From assembly GCA_023957235.1 (NCBI GenBank), contig JAMLHI010000004.1, positions 75,422 to 139,421 on the forward strand: a DNA stretch of 64,000 nt, written 5' to 3'. The translations under genes were made by a program, and so were the position numbers. Below, one piece after another: positions 50,307 to 59,942 of this stretch (position 1 is the stretch's first letter; every line of letters starts with the position of its first letter). The notes under the pieces are model-generated. The model was not told the DNA's origin and ran no database searches. It saw only the letters and a program-made list of their open reading frames with translations. The stretch comes from Chitinophagales bacterium (GTDB lineage: Bacteria; Bacteroidota; Bacteroidia; Chitinophagales; JADIYW01).

Positions 50307-51428
50307 CTATCTCGCTACTTCTTTGCTGATGAAGAATACAAATATTTTATCTAATAGCCAGACAAATAACCAGTAAATCGGCATTATTATAGGGTATAAT
50401 AAGACGACTAAAAAGGTATAGCCGTGATATTTTCCTGCTTCATTTCCTATTGAATTATCAATGATTGTAAATGAATAGATATAAAATATTAATATGATAA
50501 ATGGTAGAACTATACTTCCTGCATTTAATACCCATGGGTTCTTCTTTTCTGGGAATTTCAATCTGTATTTTCTTATGGAAAGAAAGTGAAATAAGAGGGT
50601 GAGTAATGAAAAAATAAGAGTCAGCCCAAATGGGCTAAGCCGAATTAAAAATTTGGCTAAGGCGCTGATTTCAGGTTTGTAAATGACTTCAAAATACTCA
50701 TCGGGTAGCTTTGAAAATGACCAAGTAGCGATATTATTCAACTGTCCACTGTCTTGTTGTCCAAGTGTAGTTGATAGTTTTGAGTTAAAATCGGAAGCAT
50801 CTAAAGTGATTTCTAAAGAGCCAAATGATTTCCATTTTTTGGCTGGTGATAATGAATATCGGAAACTATATTCTTTCACCCATCCAGAAATATCTTTCCA
50901 AACATTAGCTACATATTCAACTCTAATATGATGGTTTCCTTGAGTGAGATTTGTTTCAAAATATTTTAAATCTTTCAAAGGATAAATATATCCATGCTTC
51001 TTTTCCCAAAAAAATTCTACTGTTCCAGCGTCAAGATTTTGTGTAGGTGTGTCTAGTGAATTTGAAAATTTTTCTAATGGACTTTCTTTTGATACTATAT
51101 ATTCATTAGGAATATCAAGAAGATGGACTGGTTGCTTGTCCACCCAGATTTTAAAATCACCTTTGAAATCTTTTGCATAAAATAGTAAGGGAATTTGAAT
51201 GCCAGATGTATTTGAGCGGATGAAATAATCTATGCGAAAAAATGCGGTCTCAAATTTATTGTCAGTCTTTAGAAATATTTTTTCATTGAGAATATCAATA
51301 TCATGACTAGAAAAGGCTGATGCAGTCATTGTCCCTTTCCTAAGAGGAGAGGCCATATTGGCGTAGCATAGTTGTCCTATTAGTAATAGAATTAAGAAGA
51401 ATAATTTTATAAAAGTCACTTTTTTCAT
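50307..51428 (-). CDS. Hypothetical membrane protein (signal peptide + extracytoplasmic domain + C-terminal TM bundle)
   Basis: Signal peptide MKKVTFIKLFFLILLLIGQLCYA, a ~240-aa beta-rich region, then 3-4 hydrophobic helices. I recognise no family. Confidence 0.6.
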   Translation of the reverse strand: MKKVTFIKLFFLILLLIGQLCYANMASPLRKGTMTASAFSSHDIDILNEKIFLKTDNKFETAFFRIDYFIRSNTSGIQIPLLFYAKDFKGDFKIWVDKQPVHLLDIPNEYIVSKESPLEKFSNSLDTPTQNLDAGTVEFFWEKKHGYIYPLKDLKYFETNLTQGNHHIRVEYVANVWKDISGWVKEYSFRYSLSPAKKWKSFGSLEITLDASDFNSKLSTTLGQQDSGQLNNIATWSFSKLPDEYFEVIYKPEISALAKFLIRLSPFGLTLIFSLLTLLFHFLSIRKYRLKFPEKKNPWVLNAGSIVLPFIILIFYIYSFTIIDNSIGNEAGKYHGYTFLVVLLYPIIMPIYWLFVWLLDKIFVFFISKEVAR

Positions 51429-51462
51429 ACTATTTCATGACTTTAATAGCGTTTACTACAAT

Positions 51463-52263
51463 TTATATCATAGTATTCGAATAAATATCTCCAAATTGAG
51501 ATTTAACAAACCTATCCGAATCTACTTCTTCTTTCATTTGCTGAGGGGTCAACCATTCATCCAATGCCCATTCCATGCTTTCTCCTACCGAATAGTTAAA
51601 TAATACTTTTTTGTTATTAGAAATAGCAACTATTCTATCTATACATTCGGTTATAGATTGTTTTCTCTCAGGTATGGTATATTCAAAAGAGATAAACTCT
51701 ACTGGTTGAGATAATCCTTGAAGGACTTCATATTCATATCCTTCTACGTCTATTTTTATGAACTTAGGTTGACCATAATTATTGATAAGATGATCTAAGG
51801 TTGTCATCTCAATTTTTTGTTCTTTGTTCCATTTGAACTGGCTAAACCGTCCACTTTCTTTGGTTGCATCTATCCAATCTTTTGAAAAAGAGGAAATGGT
51901 GTGTTCATTAGAAATATACATCGTTTTGGTCTCTTCGGCTTTTCCTAATCCTTTGGGAACGATAGTCAGTTTATCACCATATTTATTTTTTAGAAACTTG
52001 ATACATGGAGCTTGAGGTTCGACAGCTATTATTTTGATATTTTTATCAATAATAGGTTCTATTCTGTTTCCAAAATTTGCTCCAACATCGAAATAAATAT
52101 CTTCATTAGATTTTAGGAATTGGGAATAAAATTTTCTTCTCTTCAATATCAAATCTTTTTCTCTTTTTGTTTTGAAAGTAGATTTTATGACTTGTATTGT
52201 ATAATTACCTAAGATTTTTTCTATTAATTTTTTTACCATTTTCCTGTTTAATTTCTTCCTCAA
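51463..52263 (-). CDS. FkbM-family methyltransferase
   Basis: YFDVGANFGN SAM-binding motif and IKIDVEGYEYEVLQG, both characteristic of FkbM. Confidence 0.85.
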   Translation of the reverse strand: MRKKLNRKMVKKLIEKILGNYTIQVIKSTFKTKREKDLILKRRKFYSQFLKSNEDIYFDVGANFGNRIEPIIDKNIKIIAVEPQAPCIKFLKNKYGDKLTIVPKGLGKAEETKTMYISNEHTISSFSKDWIDATKESGRFSQFKWNKEQKIEMTTLDHLINNYGQPKFIKIDVEGYEYEVLQGLSQPVEFISFEYTIPERKQSITECIDRIVAISNNKKVLFNYSVGESMEWALDEWLTPQQMKEEVDSDRFVKSQFGDIYSNTMI

Positions 52264-52358
52264 TATGACCGAATAGTGTTATTAGATAGCTGTACTATGT
52301 ATTCTTTCAAACTCTTATTCTTTTTTGGGTTAAAATTATAAAAAAGGAAATACTCTTT

Positions 52359-55358
52359 CTAATTAATCTTTGTAATTGTAATCTCCACTCTTTGATTGAG
52401 TTTTCTTCCTTGTTCTGTATTGTTATCAGAAATGTTTTGTGATTTGCCATAGCCTTTATAAGTCAATCTTTCGGGAGAGACTCCTCTTGTAATCAGATAA
52501 TCCATGACAGATTTTGCTCTTTTTGTAGAGAGTTCATTGCAGAAATTATCATCACAAAGCCCATTGGTATGACCACCAATTTCGATATTAAGTTCTTTGT
52601 TTTTGATTAGATAGACTGCCAGTTGGTTGAGATCGTCATAAGATTTTGACTGAATAAAGGAGGCATTGACAACAAAATATACATTTTTTAGAGATATTTT
52701 TTGGCCAATTTCTTTTTTTAGTACAGATAATTCATCTGCTATTGTATTGCTGTATATTGTTGTGCCTGATTGTTCTTTTATTTTTTGCAAACTATCCAAT
52801 TCTTGTTTTAGGGAATTAATATCTTTGTATTGTTGTTTTTTGAGTGTTTCTAGTTTTTTTCTTTCATTCTCTAGGTTTTCTTTTTCAAGAGCTAATTGTT
52901 CCTTTTCTATCTGCATTTGAGAGATTGCAATAGCTATTTTTTCTTTTTCACTTAATAGTTTCTGTTGTTCTCTTTGCAAACTATCATTATTGTTTTTAGT
53001 CTCTTGGTTGATTGAAGATATTTGGTTCTTTTGCTGCTCTAAAATTTTTAAACTATCTTCTAATTTTATAATTTCTTGATTCCAATCCTTTTTTTGTTCT
53101 TCAGTATTGTTAGCATAATGATTCAGCTTGGAAGTTGAAGGTAAAGTAGAAATCGAATCAGTAGATGCTTGCTTTTCAGCCACAGTTTCTAATGTATTGT
53201 TAGAGGTGTTAATATTTTGAGCTTCTTGGAGTTCTCTAAGTTTTTGCTCATAACTATTCAACTCTTTTTGTTGTTTTATATTATCAATTTGAGTGGGCTT
53301 GTAAACAATTAATGAGCTATCAGACTGCTTGGCAAGAGTTGTTTCAGGTGTTTTTGATTCATTAATTCTGATGGGTTCTTGAAGAGTCGGTGCTGGAAGA
53401 TTTTGGGCTGCCATAAGTTGTTGAAGCTTTTCTTCATAGGGAGTTAGTTTTTTATTATTTTCTTTTGCCTTAATAGGCTTTGTTTCTGACTTTTCTGGAG
53501 TTGAATTTGTCAAATTTATATTTTGGAGACTGTCAAGTTTTTGCTTGTATTCATTAGTAGTATTGCCATTACTATTAGAAGTATAAACAGTAGATGGAAC
53601 AGCAGGGATATTTAATTTAGCCCTTTCCAGTTGTCTTTTGAGATCATTGATTTTTTCATCATAAGAAGGATCGTAATTAACTGAAGGTGGAGTATATGCT
53701 GGGAAATTATTATTTGGATGGATAGGCAATGTGGTATATTGCTCCTCTAGTTTTTTTAAGTCTTCATTAATTTGTGTTTCCTTTTTGTCGATAGCTTGTT
53801 CTTCATTGGATTTCTCAATAGGGCTACCCGAATTGGGACCTTGATTTAATTGTCTTCTGAGTTCTTCAATTCTTTTATCTATATCAGAGGTTTCATTATT
53901 TTGATAAGGTTTGAGTTTGGGAATCTCAGGAATACTACTTGCAAATAATCCTTGATCTATTTTGACAGCATCAGGTCTCAATTCTCTAGGCAATGAGATT
54001 TTATATATATCACTTAAACCATAGCCACCACCTCTTTCACTAGAATAATAAGCATATTCTCCTGAAGCAGGAATGGTGTAATAAATATCCATCCCTATAG
54101 TATTGATATTCTGCCCTAGATTGACAGGTGTACTCCAGTTCTTCCAAGTATTGTCGAGTCTTCTACTCATAAACATATCAAAATCACCATATCCGGCATG
54201 TCCATTGGAAGAAAAATAGAGTGTTTTGCCGTCAGCTGCAATAAATACACTGGCTTCTGCTGCTGCTGTATTCAAGTCTGCTCCCATATTCATTGGTTCT
54301 GACCAGTTACCATCTGCATATTTAAAACTGACGTACAAATCCATATCTCCATAAGTGTCATCTCTTTCTATGGCCATCACTAATACTTTCTCGTCTAAAC
54401 TGACATGATAGCATGCAAACCGGCTTTTGTTGTACATATTGAAAATAGTCAATGGTTTAGGCTTGCTCCATGTACCATTGTTCTGTTTTTTACTGACTGC
54501 TACACCTTGTGATTCTGTTCTATAATCATATTTATTGGCGAGATACATTGTATTTCCATCTGGACTAATAGCACAAACAAAATTGTGTTCATCAGTATTT
54601 AAAGGAGAACCTACATTGCTTGCATTAGACCAAGAACCATTATATTGTCTTTGGGAAACATATATGTCGTCTTTTTTTTCGATACCTAAATTTTCAGGAG
54701 CATTTTTTCTTGCAAAATAGAGTGTAGCACCATCAGGTGATATGATTGGCAACATATCATTATAAGGTGAATTGACGCCTGAGCCTAGATTTTCAGGAAA
54801 TGGATTGATAGAATTATAAGCGATAGTATTGATTTTGGGTTCTATTTTGATTTTGTCTGGTGATATGCCGATACAGTCAATTTGAGGCTGGTTTCTAAAA
54901 TTGGCATAATTTAGTTCCAGTTTGAGACGGATGACTTTATAAGGAGTAAGAGGTATAAAATGGCTAAAAATTCTAGCGACTTGTGGATCTAAAGGACGAG
55001 GATTGGCTTGGTGATAAACGAGATATTCTTTACCACTGACATCATAGAGATAAATCTTTTCGATGGCACCAGATAATAGATTTTCTCCGATTGCGATTTG
55101 TTGAACTTGAGAAGGTCTTTCAAACTCTACTGTGATAGATGCAGTTTGTGTACCGCTTGCTGGAGCCCATGCTACAAGGCTTTTGCCATAATTTGGAAGT
55201 GCATTGGGAATACCTAATACTTGTTGAGCACTGAATTCTTTGGTGCCATATTGTGAACTAAATTTGACAACATTCTTAGCCCAATATACTTGTTGGGCTT
55301 TTGCGTAATTGCTCAATAATGATATAAGAAGTAAAAAGAGTAAATTTTTCATTTTCAA
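52359..55358 (-). CDS. OmpA-family protein with TolB-like (PD40) beta-propeller repeats and a long repetitive coiled-coil spacer
   Basis: Signal peptide, then repeated PD40-like segments (ISPDGATLYFA, ISPDGNTMYLA, IAADGKTLYFSS). The spacer is Q/N/E/K-rich. The C-terminal OmpA domain contains NELSTKRAKSVMDYL...GRKLNQRVEI. Confidence 0.85.
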   Translation of the reverse strand: MKMKNLLFLLLISLLSNYAKAQQVYWAKNVVKFSSQYGTKEFSAQQVLGIPNALPNYGKSLVAWAPASGTQTASITVEFERPSQVQQIAIGENLLSGAIEKIYLYDVSGKEYLVYHQANPRPLDPQVARIFSHFIPLTPYKVIRLKLELNYANFRNQPQIDCIGISPDKIKIEPKINTIAYNSINPFPENLGSGVNSPYNDMLPIISPDGATLYFARKNAPENLGIEKKDDIYVSQRQYNGSWSNASNVGSPLNTDEHNFVCAISPDGNTMYLANKYDYRTESQGVAVSKKQNNGTWSKPKPLTIFNMYNKSRFACYHVSLDEKVLVMAIERDDTYGDMDLYVSFKYADGNWSEPMNMGADLNTAAAEASVFIAADGKTLYFSSNGHAGYGDFDMFMSRRLDNTWKNWSTPVNLGQNINTIGMDIYYTIPASGEYAYYSSERGGGYGLSDIYKISLPRELRPDAVKIDQGLFASSIPEIPKLKPYQNNETSDIDKRIEELRRQLNQGPNSGSPIEKSNEEQAIDKKETQINEDLKKLEEQYTTLPIHPNNNFPAYTPPSVNYDPSYDEKINDLKRQLERAKLNIPAVPSTVYTSNSNGNTTNEYKQKLDSLQNINLTNSTPEKSETKPIKAKENNKKLTPYEEKLQQLMAAQNLPAPTLQEPIRINESKTPETTLAKQSDSSLIVYKPTQIDNIKQQKELNSYEQKLRELQEAQNINTSNNTLETVAEKQASTDSISTLPSTSKLNHYANNTEEQKKDWNQEIIKLEDSLKILEQQKNQISSINQETKNNNDSLQREQQKLLSEKEKIAIAISQMQIEKEQLALEKENLENERKKLETLKKQQYKDINSLKQELDSLQKIKEQSGTTIYSNTIADELSVLKKEIGQKISLKNVYFVVNASFIQSKSYDDLNQLAVYLIKNKELNIEIGGHTNGLCDDNFCNELSTKRAKSVMDYLITRGVSPERLTYKGYGKSQNISDNNTEQGRKLNQRVEITITKIN

Positions 55359-55592
55359 TGTAAATAATGAATGGCTATCTAAAACCCTACCAAATTTATT
55401 GATTTTATAGTAATAAATGTTGAATTCTGTGATTTAACACTGTTCTAATAAATGAATAACGTATTCTTGTTGGTATATTTTATACGCTGTTAAGCTAATT
55501 TCAAGTTTTAAGTATATTGTTTGACTAGCTAGTTTTCTCTTATAAAATTGGATTTGAGTAGAGCAGAAAATAAACAATTGAAAATATTTTTT

Positions 55593-55600
55593 TACTTTTG
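55593..55600 (+). promoter_or_regulatory. -7 promoter box TACTTTTG upstream of the two-component operon
   Basis: Exact TAnnTTTG match, 63 nt before the histidine kinase ATG. Confidence 0.35.
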
Positions 55601-55662
55601 AATCTACAGATGATTTGCTGACAGTCCTTTCTGTTGTCAAATTAAATTACTAAAAACACAGC

Positions 55663-56655
55663 ATGTCTCTCAATTTTTTTAAAAATCCCCGACGATATGT
55701 ATATTATTTTTTCACAGTATATATATTGATGATTTTCTTTTGGTGGTGGTTTATGATTTTCCGCAAAGACAGCCAAATGTATAGAATTAAAGAGCAGTTA
55801 TTGTACGAAAGATTTGAAAAGGATGACTCCAATATCTTTAATGAGTTGGAATTATTGACTGATTTTCATGAACGCCAAAGATGGATGATTATAGGAGAGG
55901 GTGCCACCTTTTTAATTTTAATAGTTTTAGGTATTTGGAAGTTGAGAGATTCTGTTAAGAAAGAGGTTGGATTAGTAGGTATGGAAAGAAATTTTCTTTT
56001 ATCTATTACTCATGAGCTAAAGTCTCCTTTAGTTAGTGCGCAATTGAATCTTCAGACACTCAGTTCGAGAACCCTCACTCTAGAACAACAAAAAATGTTG
56101 ATTCATAATACTGAAGAAGATATTGTCAGATTAAATGACCTTGTTGAAAAGATATTACTAGCTTCAAGGATAGGTCATAAGAATTATGCTGCCCAATTTG
56201 ACGAAGTCAATATTTCAGATTTGATTTTATCATGTTTTGATACCGTAAAGAATAGAAATATTGGACTTGATTTACAACAATTGATAGAAGAAGATATATG
56301 GGTCAATGGTGACGAGTTGATGTTGAAATCTATGGTGCTTAATTTGTTGGAAAATGCTGTTAAGTATGCGCCTAAAAATACCCCAATTGTAATTTCTTTG
56401 AGAAAGGAAGAAAATATGGCAGTATTGGATGTGGCTGATGATGGAATTAGAATCTCTGATAAAGAAAAAAGCAAAATATTTGATCGTTTTTATCGTGTAG
56501 GTAATGAGGGGAAAAGGACAACAATAGGCGTTGGTTTGGGCTTGTTTATTGTTCGGCAAGTGATATTGATGCATCATGGAAATGTCAAGATTATTGATAA
56601 AAATAAGATTGGAAAAATATTCAGAGTAGAAATCCCTTATATTGGTGCCTTATGA
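55663..56655 (+). CDS. Sensor histidine kinase
   Basis: Two N-terminal TM helices, H-box [10 protein letters not shown]-box [10 protein letters not shown] and G-boxes DDGIRI / GVGLGL. Confidence 0.9.
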   Translation: MSLNFFKNPRRYVYYFFTVYILMIFFWWWFMIFRKDSQMYRIKEQLLYERFEKDDSNIFNELELLTDFHERQRWMIIGEGATFLILIVLGIWKLRDSVKKEVGLVGMERNFLLSITHELKSPLVSAQLNLQTLSSRTLTLEQQKMLIHNTEEDIVRLNDLVEKILLASRIGHKNYAAQFDEVNISDLILSCFDTVKNRNIGLDLQQLIEEDIWVNGDELMLKSMVLNLLENAVKYAPKNTPIVISLRKEENMAVLDVADDGIRISDKEKSKIFDRFYRVGNEGKRTTIGVGLGLFIVRQVILMHHGNVKIIDKNKIGKIFRVEIPYIGAL

Positions 56656-57353
56656 GTCTAAACGTGAGAGTTTTATTAGTAGAAGATGAAAAAAACATTC
56701 GAGATGTTGTTAAACTCAATCTTGAATTGGAAGGATATGAAGTGATAGCCGTAGATAATGGACCAGATGCTATTAGGCGAGCAAATGATGAAGTCTTTCA
56801 TCTCATTATTTTGGATGTCATGCTTCCAGAAATGGATGGATTTGAAATCTGTGAAACAATCAGACTCAGAGATGCTTATACGCCGGTTTTATTTTTAACG
56901 GCTAAGGATAGTTATGAAGACAAAATAAAAGGATTGAAAAAGGGCGCAGATGATTATTTGACTAAGCCTTTCAAATTAGAAGAGTTGCTATTGCGTGCAA
57001 AAAATCTGATAAAGCGTAATATGATGAACTCTGAGGATAATAAGGAGAATTTTCAAACATACAGTTTTGGTGGTAATGAAATTAATTTTCTAACCTATAA
57101 AGCAAAAGGTGTAAACGGTGAACTAGATTTGACAAAAAAAGAAGTGGCTCTTTTAAAACTATTGATTGAGAGAAAGAATGAAGTCGTTTCTAGAAATGAT
57201 ATTTTAAAAATTGTTTGGGGGTATGATGTGTTTCCTTCAACACGGACAATCGATAATTTTATTCTTAATTTTAGAAAACATTTTGAAAAAGACTCTAAAA
57301 ATCCAGAACATTTTATTTCTATCCGTAGTGTAGGGTATAAGTTTTTAAATTGA
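56652..57353 (+). CDS. OmpR/PhoB-type response regulator
   Basis: Receiver domain (LLVEDE, phospho-Asp context [13 protein letters not shown]) and a C-terminal winged helix ([12 protein letters not shown]...RSVGYKF). Its ATGA start overlaps the kinase stop. Confidence 0.93.
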   Translation: MSLNVRVLLVEDEKNIRDVVKLNLELEGYEVIAVDNGPDAIRRANDEVFHLIILDVMLPEMDGFEICETIRLRDAYTPVLFLTAKDSYEDKIKGLKKGADDYLTKPFKLEELLLRAKNLIKRNMMNSEDNKENFQTYSFGGNEINFLTYKAKGVNGELDLTKKEVALLKLLIERKNEVVSRNDILKIVWGYDVFPSTRTIDNFILNFRKHFEKDSKNPEHFISIRSVGYKFLN

Positions 57354-57356
57354 TTC

Positions 57357-58748
57357 TTATTGCTTTGTATGATAGTACAAAGTGATAGCAGTTTTGCCCT
57401 TGCCAAATGTTTTGATGTTTTGGTATTGGTGGCTTTTTAAAATATGAGGTACAATGTTTTTCATATCATTACATACTGGGCTATAGGCAATATACCTGAC
57501 CAGAAAGCTGTTATTTTCAGTTATATCAGTCAATCTTTGTCCCCCTGTCAAATTTGTCTGTTCTTTACTACAAAACAGTGGAAAGCCTGAGCCAATTTCT
57601 TTTTCAGGTATTCGCTTTAGCTGGATATAATTCCAAAATTCTTTTCTATTTTTTTCATAAGTAATGTATTGGAGTGTGACATCCCAACCATTGCTAATAG
57701 GATAGGGATATAGCCAGAAATGTCCAGATATAAAGCATGTTAAAGTAAATAATAACCATGATTTTTTCCATCGAAAATTATCCCAAAGTGAAAAGATAAA
57801 TAGAAGTGCACTTACATGAACAATCATAAAGTATCTATGTCCTACAGGATTGCTAAAAAATAAGATACTGACACTTAATACTAAGTCAATAGCAACAGTA
57901 ACTATTAAGATTTTTTTCTGATGATTTGAAAGTTGAACTTTGAAAATCCAACTGATAGAATAAAGAAAGAGTAGTGTCAAGGCAATGGCTCCGTAGTCGA
58001 TATAAGCTCTGGTGATTCCAATCAAATTTTTAAGGAATTGAGATAGATTTGCTATCTCTCTTTGACCTTGCCATGTAGTAGAAGGAGTCGAGATCATCCA
58101 GCCGGTTATTTTGTAATGATAGAAATGCCAACATATTAAAGGTGCTAAAGCCAAAATTACCAGGTATATATTCTTCTTATACGCTTTATATTCTAAAATA
58201 AGGAAAAGAGCCATACAAGTGATAGCTATCATTTGCCCCCGAATACTGCAAGCACTTAACCCCCAAAAACCAATGAGTACAAAAATATTTCTGGAATATA
58301 ATATTCCTAAAAGCGTAAGAAGAAAAAATGGTATTTGAACAATATCATAAGAAATTAAAGAAGATTGAGTGAGGATATATGGATGAAGTAGTAAAGCGAG
58401 TAAAGCAATATATTGTGCTGATTTAGAAATATTTAAAGACACTAATATTTTTATAAACAAATAAACCATTCCCCATAAAAATGGTAAGATGGATAGGTGA
58501 CTAACTAATAAGGTTTTTCCAAATACTTTCCAGATTATTGACAAATATATCTGAAAAAATGTGGGGTGACCAGCATCCCATTTAAGAGGAGGAATTGACT
58601 TTTGTATGCCTTCATTATAAAACCATTGCGCTATTGAAGAAGTTAAAATACTGTCCCAAAAAAAAGGAACTCTAGCAACACAAAGTGTGAAGATTAGATA
58701 GAAACCTAAGCCGATTAAAAGAAGTATTTTTTGTGGTACTTGTTGCAT
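57357..58748 (-). CDS. Polytopic GT-C-type glycosyltransferase-like membrane protein (ArnT/PMT-like)
   Basis: Length 463 aa with about 11 TM helices. The first periplasmic loop has an FWDS acidic motif, in the usual position of the GT-C catalytic Asp. The family assignment is tentative. Confidence 0.5.
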   Translation of the reverse strand: MQQVPQKILLLIGLGFYLIFTLCVARVPFFWDSILTSSIAQWFYNEGIQKSIPPLKWDAGHPTFFQIYLSIIWKVFGKTLLVSHLSILPFLWGMVYLFIKILVSLNISKSAQYIALLALLLHPYILTQSSLISYDIVQIPFFLLTLLGILYSRNIFVLIGFWGLSACSIRGQMIAITCMALFLILEYKAYKKNIYLVILALAPLICWHFYHYKITGWMISTPSTTWQGQREIANLSQFLKNLIGITRAYIDYGAIALTLLFLYSISWIFKVQLSNHQKKILIVTVAIDLVLSVSILFFSNPVGHRYFMIVHVSALLFIFSLWDNFRWKKSWLLFTLTCFISGHFWLYPYPISNGWDVTLQYITYEKNRKEFWNYIQLKRIPEKEIGSGFPLFCSKEQTNLTGGQRLTDITENNSFLVRYIAYSPVCNDMKNIVPHILKSHQYQNIKTFGKGKTAITLYYHTKQ

Positions 58749-58924
58749 TAGTGATGCTAATCTACATGTAAAATGAGGATTTTTGGTGACTTATTCAAGA
58801 TATCGTCAAAATGAAGACTTAGAGAATTTTATGAAGGGATGAGTGTGAATTCTAAAATTTTGAATACTACAACAATACAATTGATTTTTATTATTTTAGC
58901 AATTATAGCGTAGATAGATAGAGA

Positions 58925-59848
58925 ATGTCTAAGAATAAGATAGAGATTAAGCGTTTTGATAAACTAGATTTGCTGGCAAAGCAAGTGGTGGAAGGTTTCA
59001 TTATCGGACTTCATAAAAGCCCTTATCATGGATTTTCTGCTGAATTTGCTGAATATCGAATGTATAATGCAGGTGACTCTGTCAGAAATGTGGACTGGAA
59101 AGTTTACGCCAAAACAGGGAAGATGTTTATTAAAAAGTTTGATGAAGAAACTAATTTAAGATGTCAATTGGTCATAGATATCTCTTCTTCTATGTATTTT
59201 CCCAAAAACACCAAAGGTCAGCAATTGAATAAATTGGAGTATGCTGCTATTTCAGCGGCTTCATTGAATTATATGTTGAATCGTCAGAGAGATGCTGTTG
59301 GGCTTACACTAGTCAGTGATAGAATTGAGGTTCATACGCCCTCTAAAACAAATTCTGCTCATCAACAATTGATTTATAATCATTTGAGTCATTTGTTGAA
59401 TCATCAACATGAAGAAAAGAAACAGACTAATTTAATCACCTGTATTCATCAAATTGCTGAACTACTTCATCAACGTTCATTAGTGATTTTATTCAGTGAT
59501 TTTATGGAGGAGAGAGAAAAAATGAATGATTTTTTTGATGCCCTTCTACATCTAAAACATAACAAACATGAAGTGGTCATTTTTCATACCTACCGAAAAA
59601 AAGAGGAGTTAGATTTTGTATTTGACAATAGACCTCATGAGTTCATAGATTTAGAATCTGGAATGAGTGTAAAATTAATGCCTAATGAAGTGAAAAATTT
59701 TTATCAATCTAAAATTTCTGAATATTTAAAGATGATAAAACATAAATGTTCTCAATATCGCATTGATTGGGTAGAAATGGATATCGATGCTGGATTTGAA
59801 GAAGTGCTTCAGACTTACCTTTTAAAAAGAATGAAAATGAAAGCCTGA
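58925..59848 (+). CDS. DUF58-domain (vWA-like) protein
   Basis: GLHKSPYHGFSAEFAEYRMYNAGDSVRNVDWKVYAKT is the hallmark DUF58 N-terminal block, and LVIDISSSM is a vWA-like MIDAS remnant. Confidence 0.85.
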   Translation: MSKNKIEIKRFDKLDLLAKQVVEGFIIGLHKSPYHGFSAEFAEYRMYNAGDSVRNVDWKVYAKTGKMFIKKFDEETNLRCQLVIDISSSMYFPKNTKGQQLNKLEYAAISAASLNYMLNRQRDAVGLTLVSDRIEVHTPSKTNSAHQQLIYNHLSHLLNHQHEEKKQTNLITCIHQIAELLHQRSLVILFSDFMEEREKMNDFFDALLHLKHNKHEVVIFHTYRKKEELDFVFDNRPHEFIDLESGMSVKLMPNEVKNFYQSKISEYLKMIKHKCSQYRIDWVEMDIDAGFEEVLQTYLLKRMKMKA

Positions 59849-59942
59849 CTTTGACAGCCAAGCTTTTATTTGCGTTCGAACTATTGTATTAACAGTATTA
59901 TAACCTATTTTGAGAAATCTGTTATATAGGTTGAAATAGAAT

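Noticed and set aside
55434-55640. A 68-aa minus-strand ORF in the 300-nt spacer between the OmpA-family gene and the histidine kinase.
   Set aside because: It has no motifs, and it covers the candidate promoter (TACTTTTG at 55593) of the divergent two-component operon. It is probably non-coding. The spacer could hold regulatory RNA, but I see no supporting structure.
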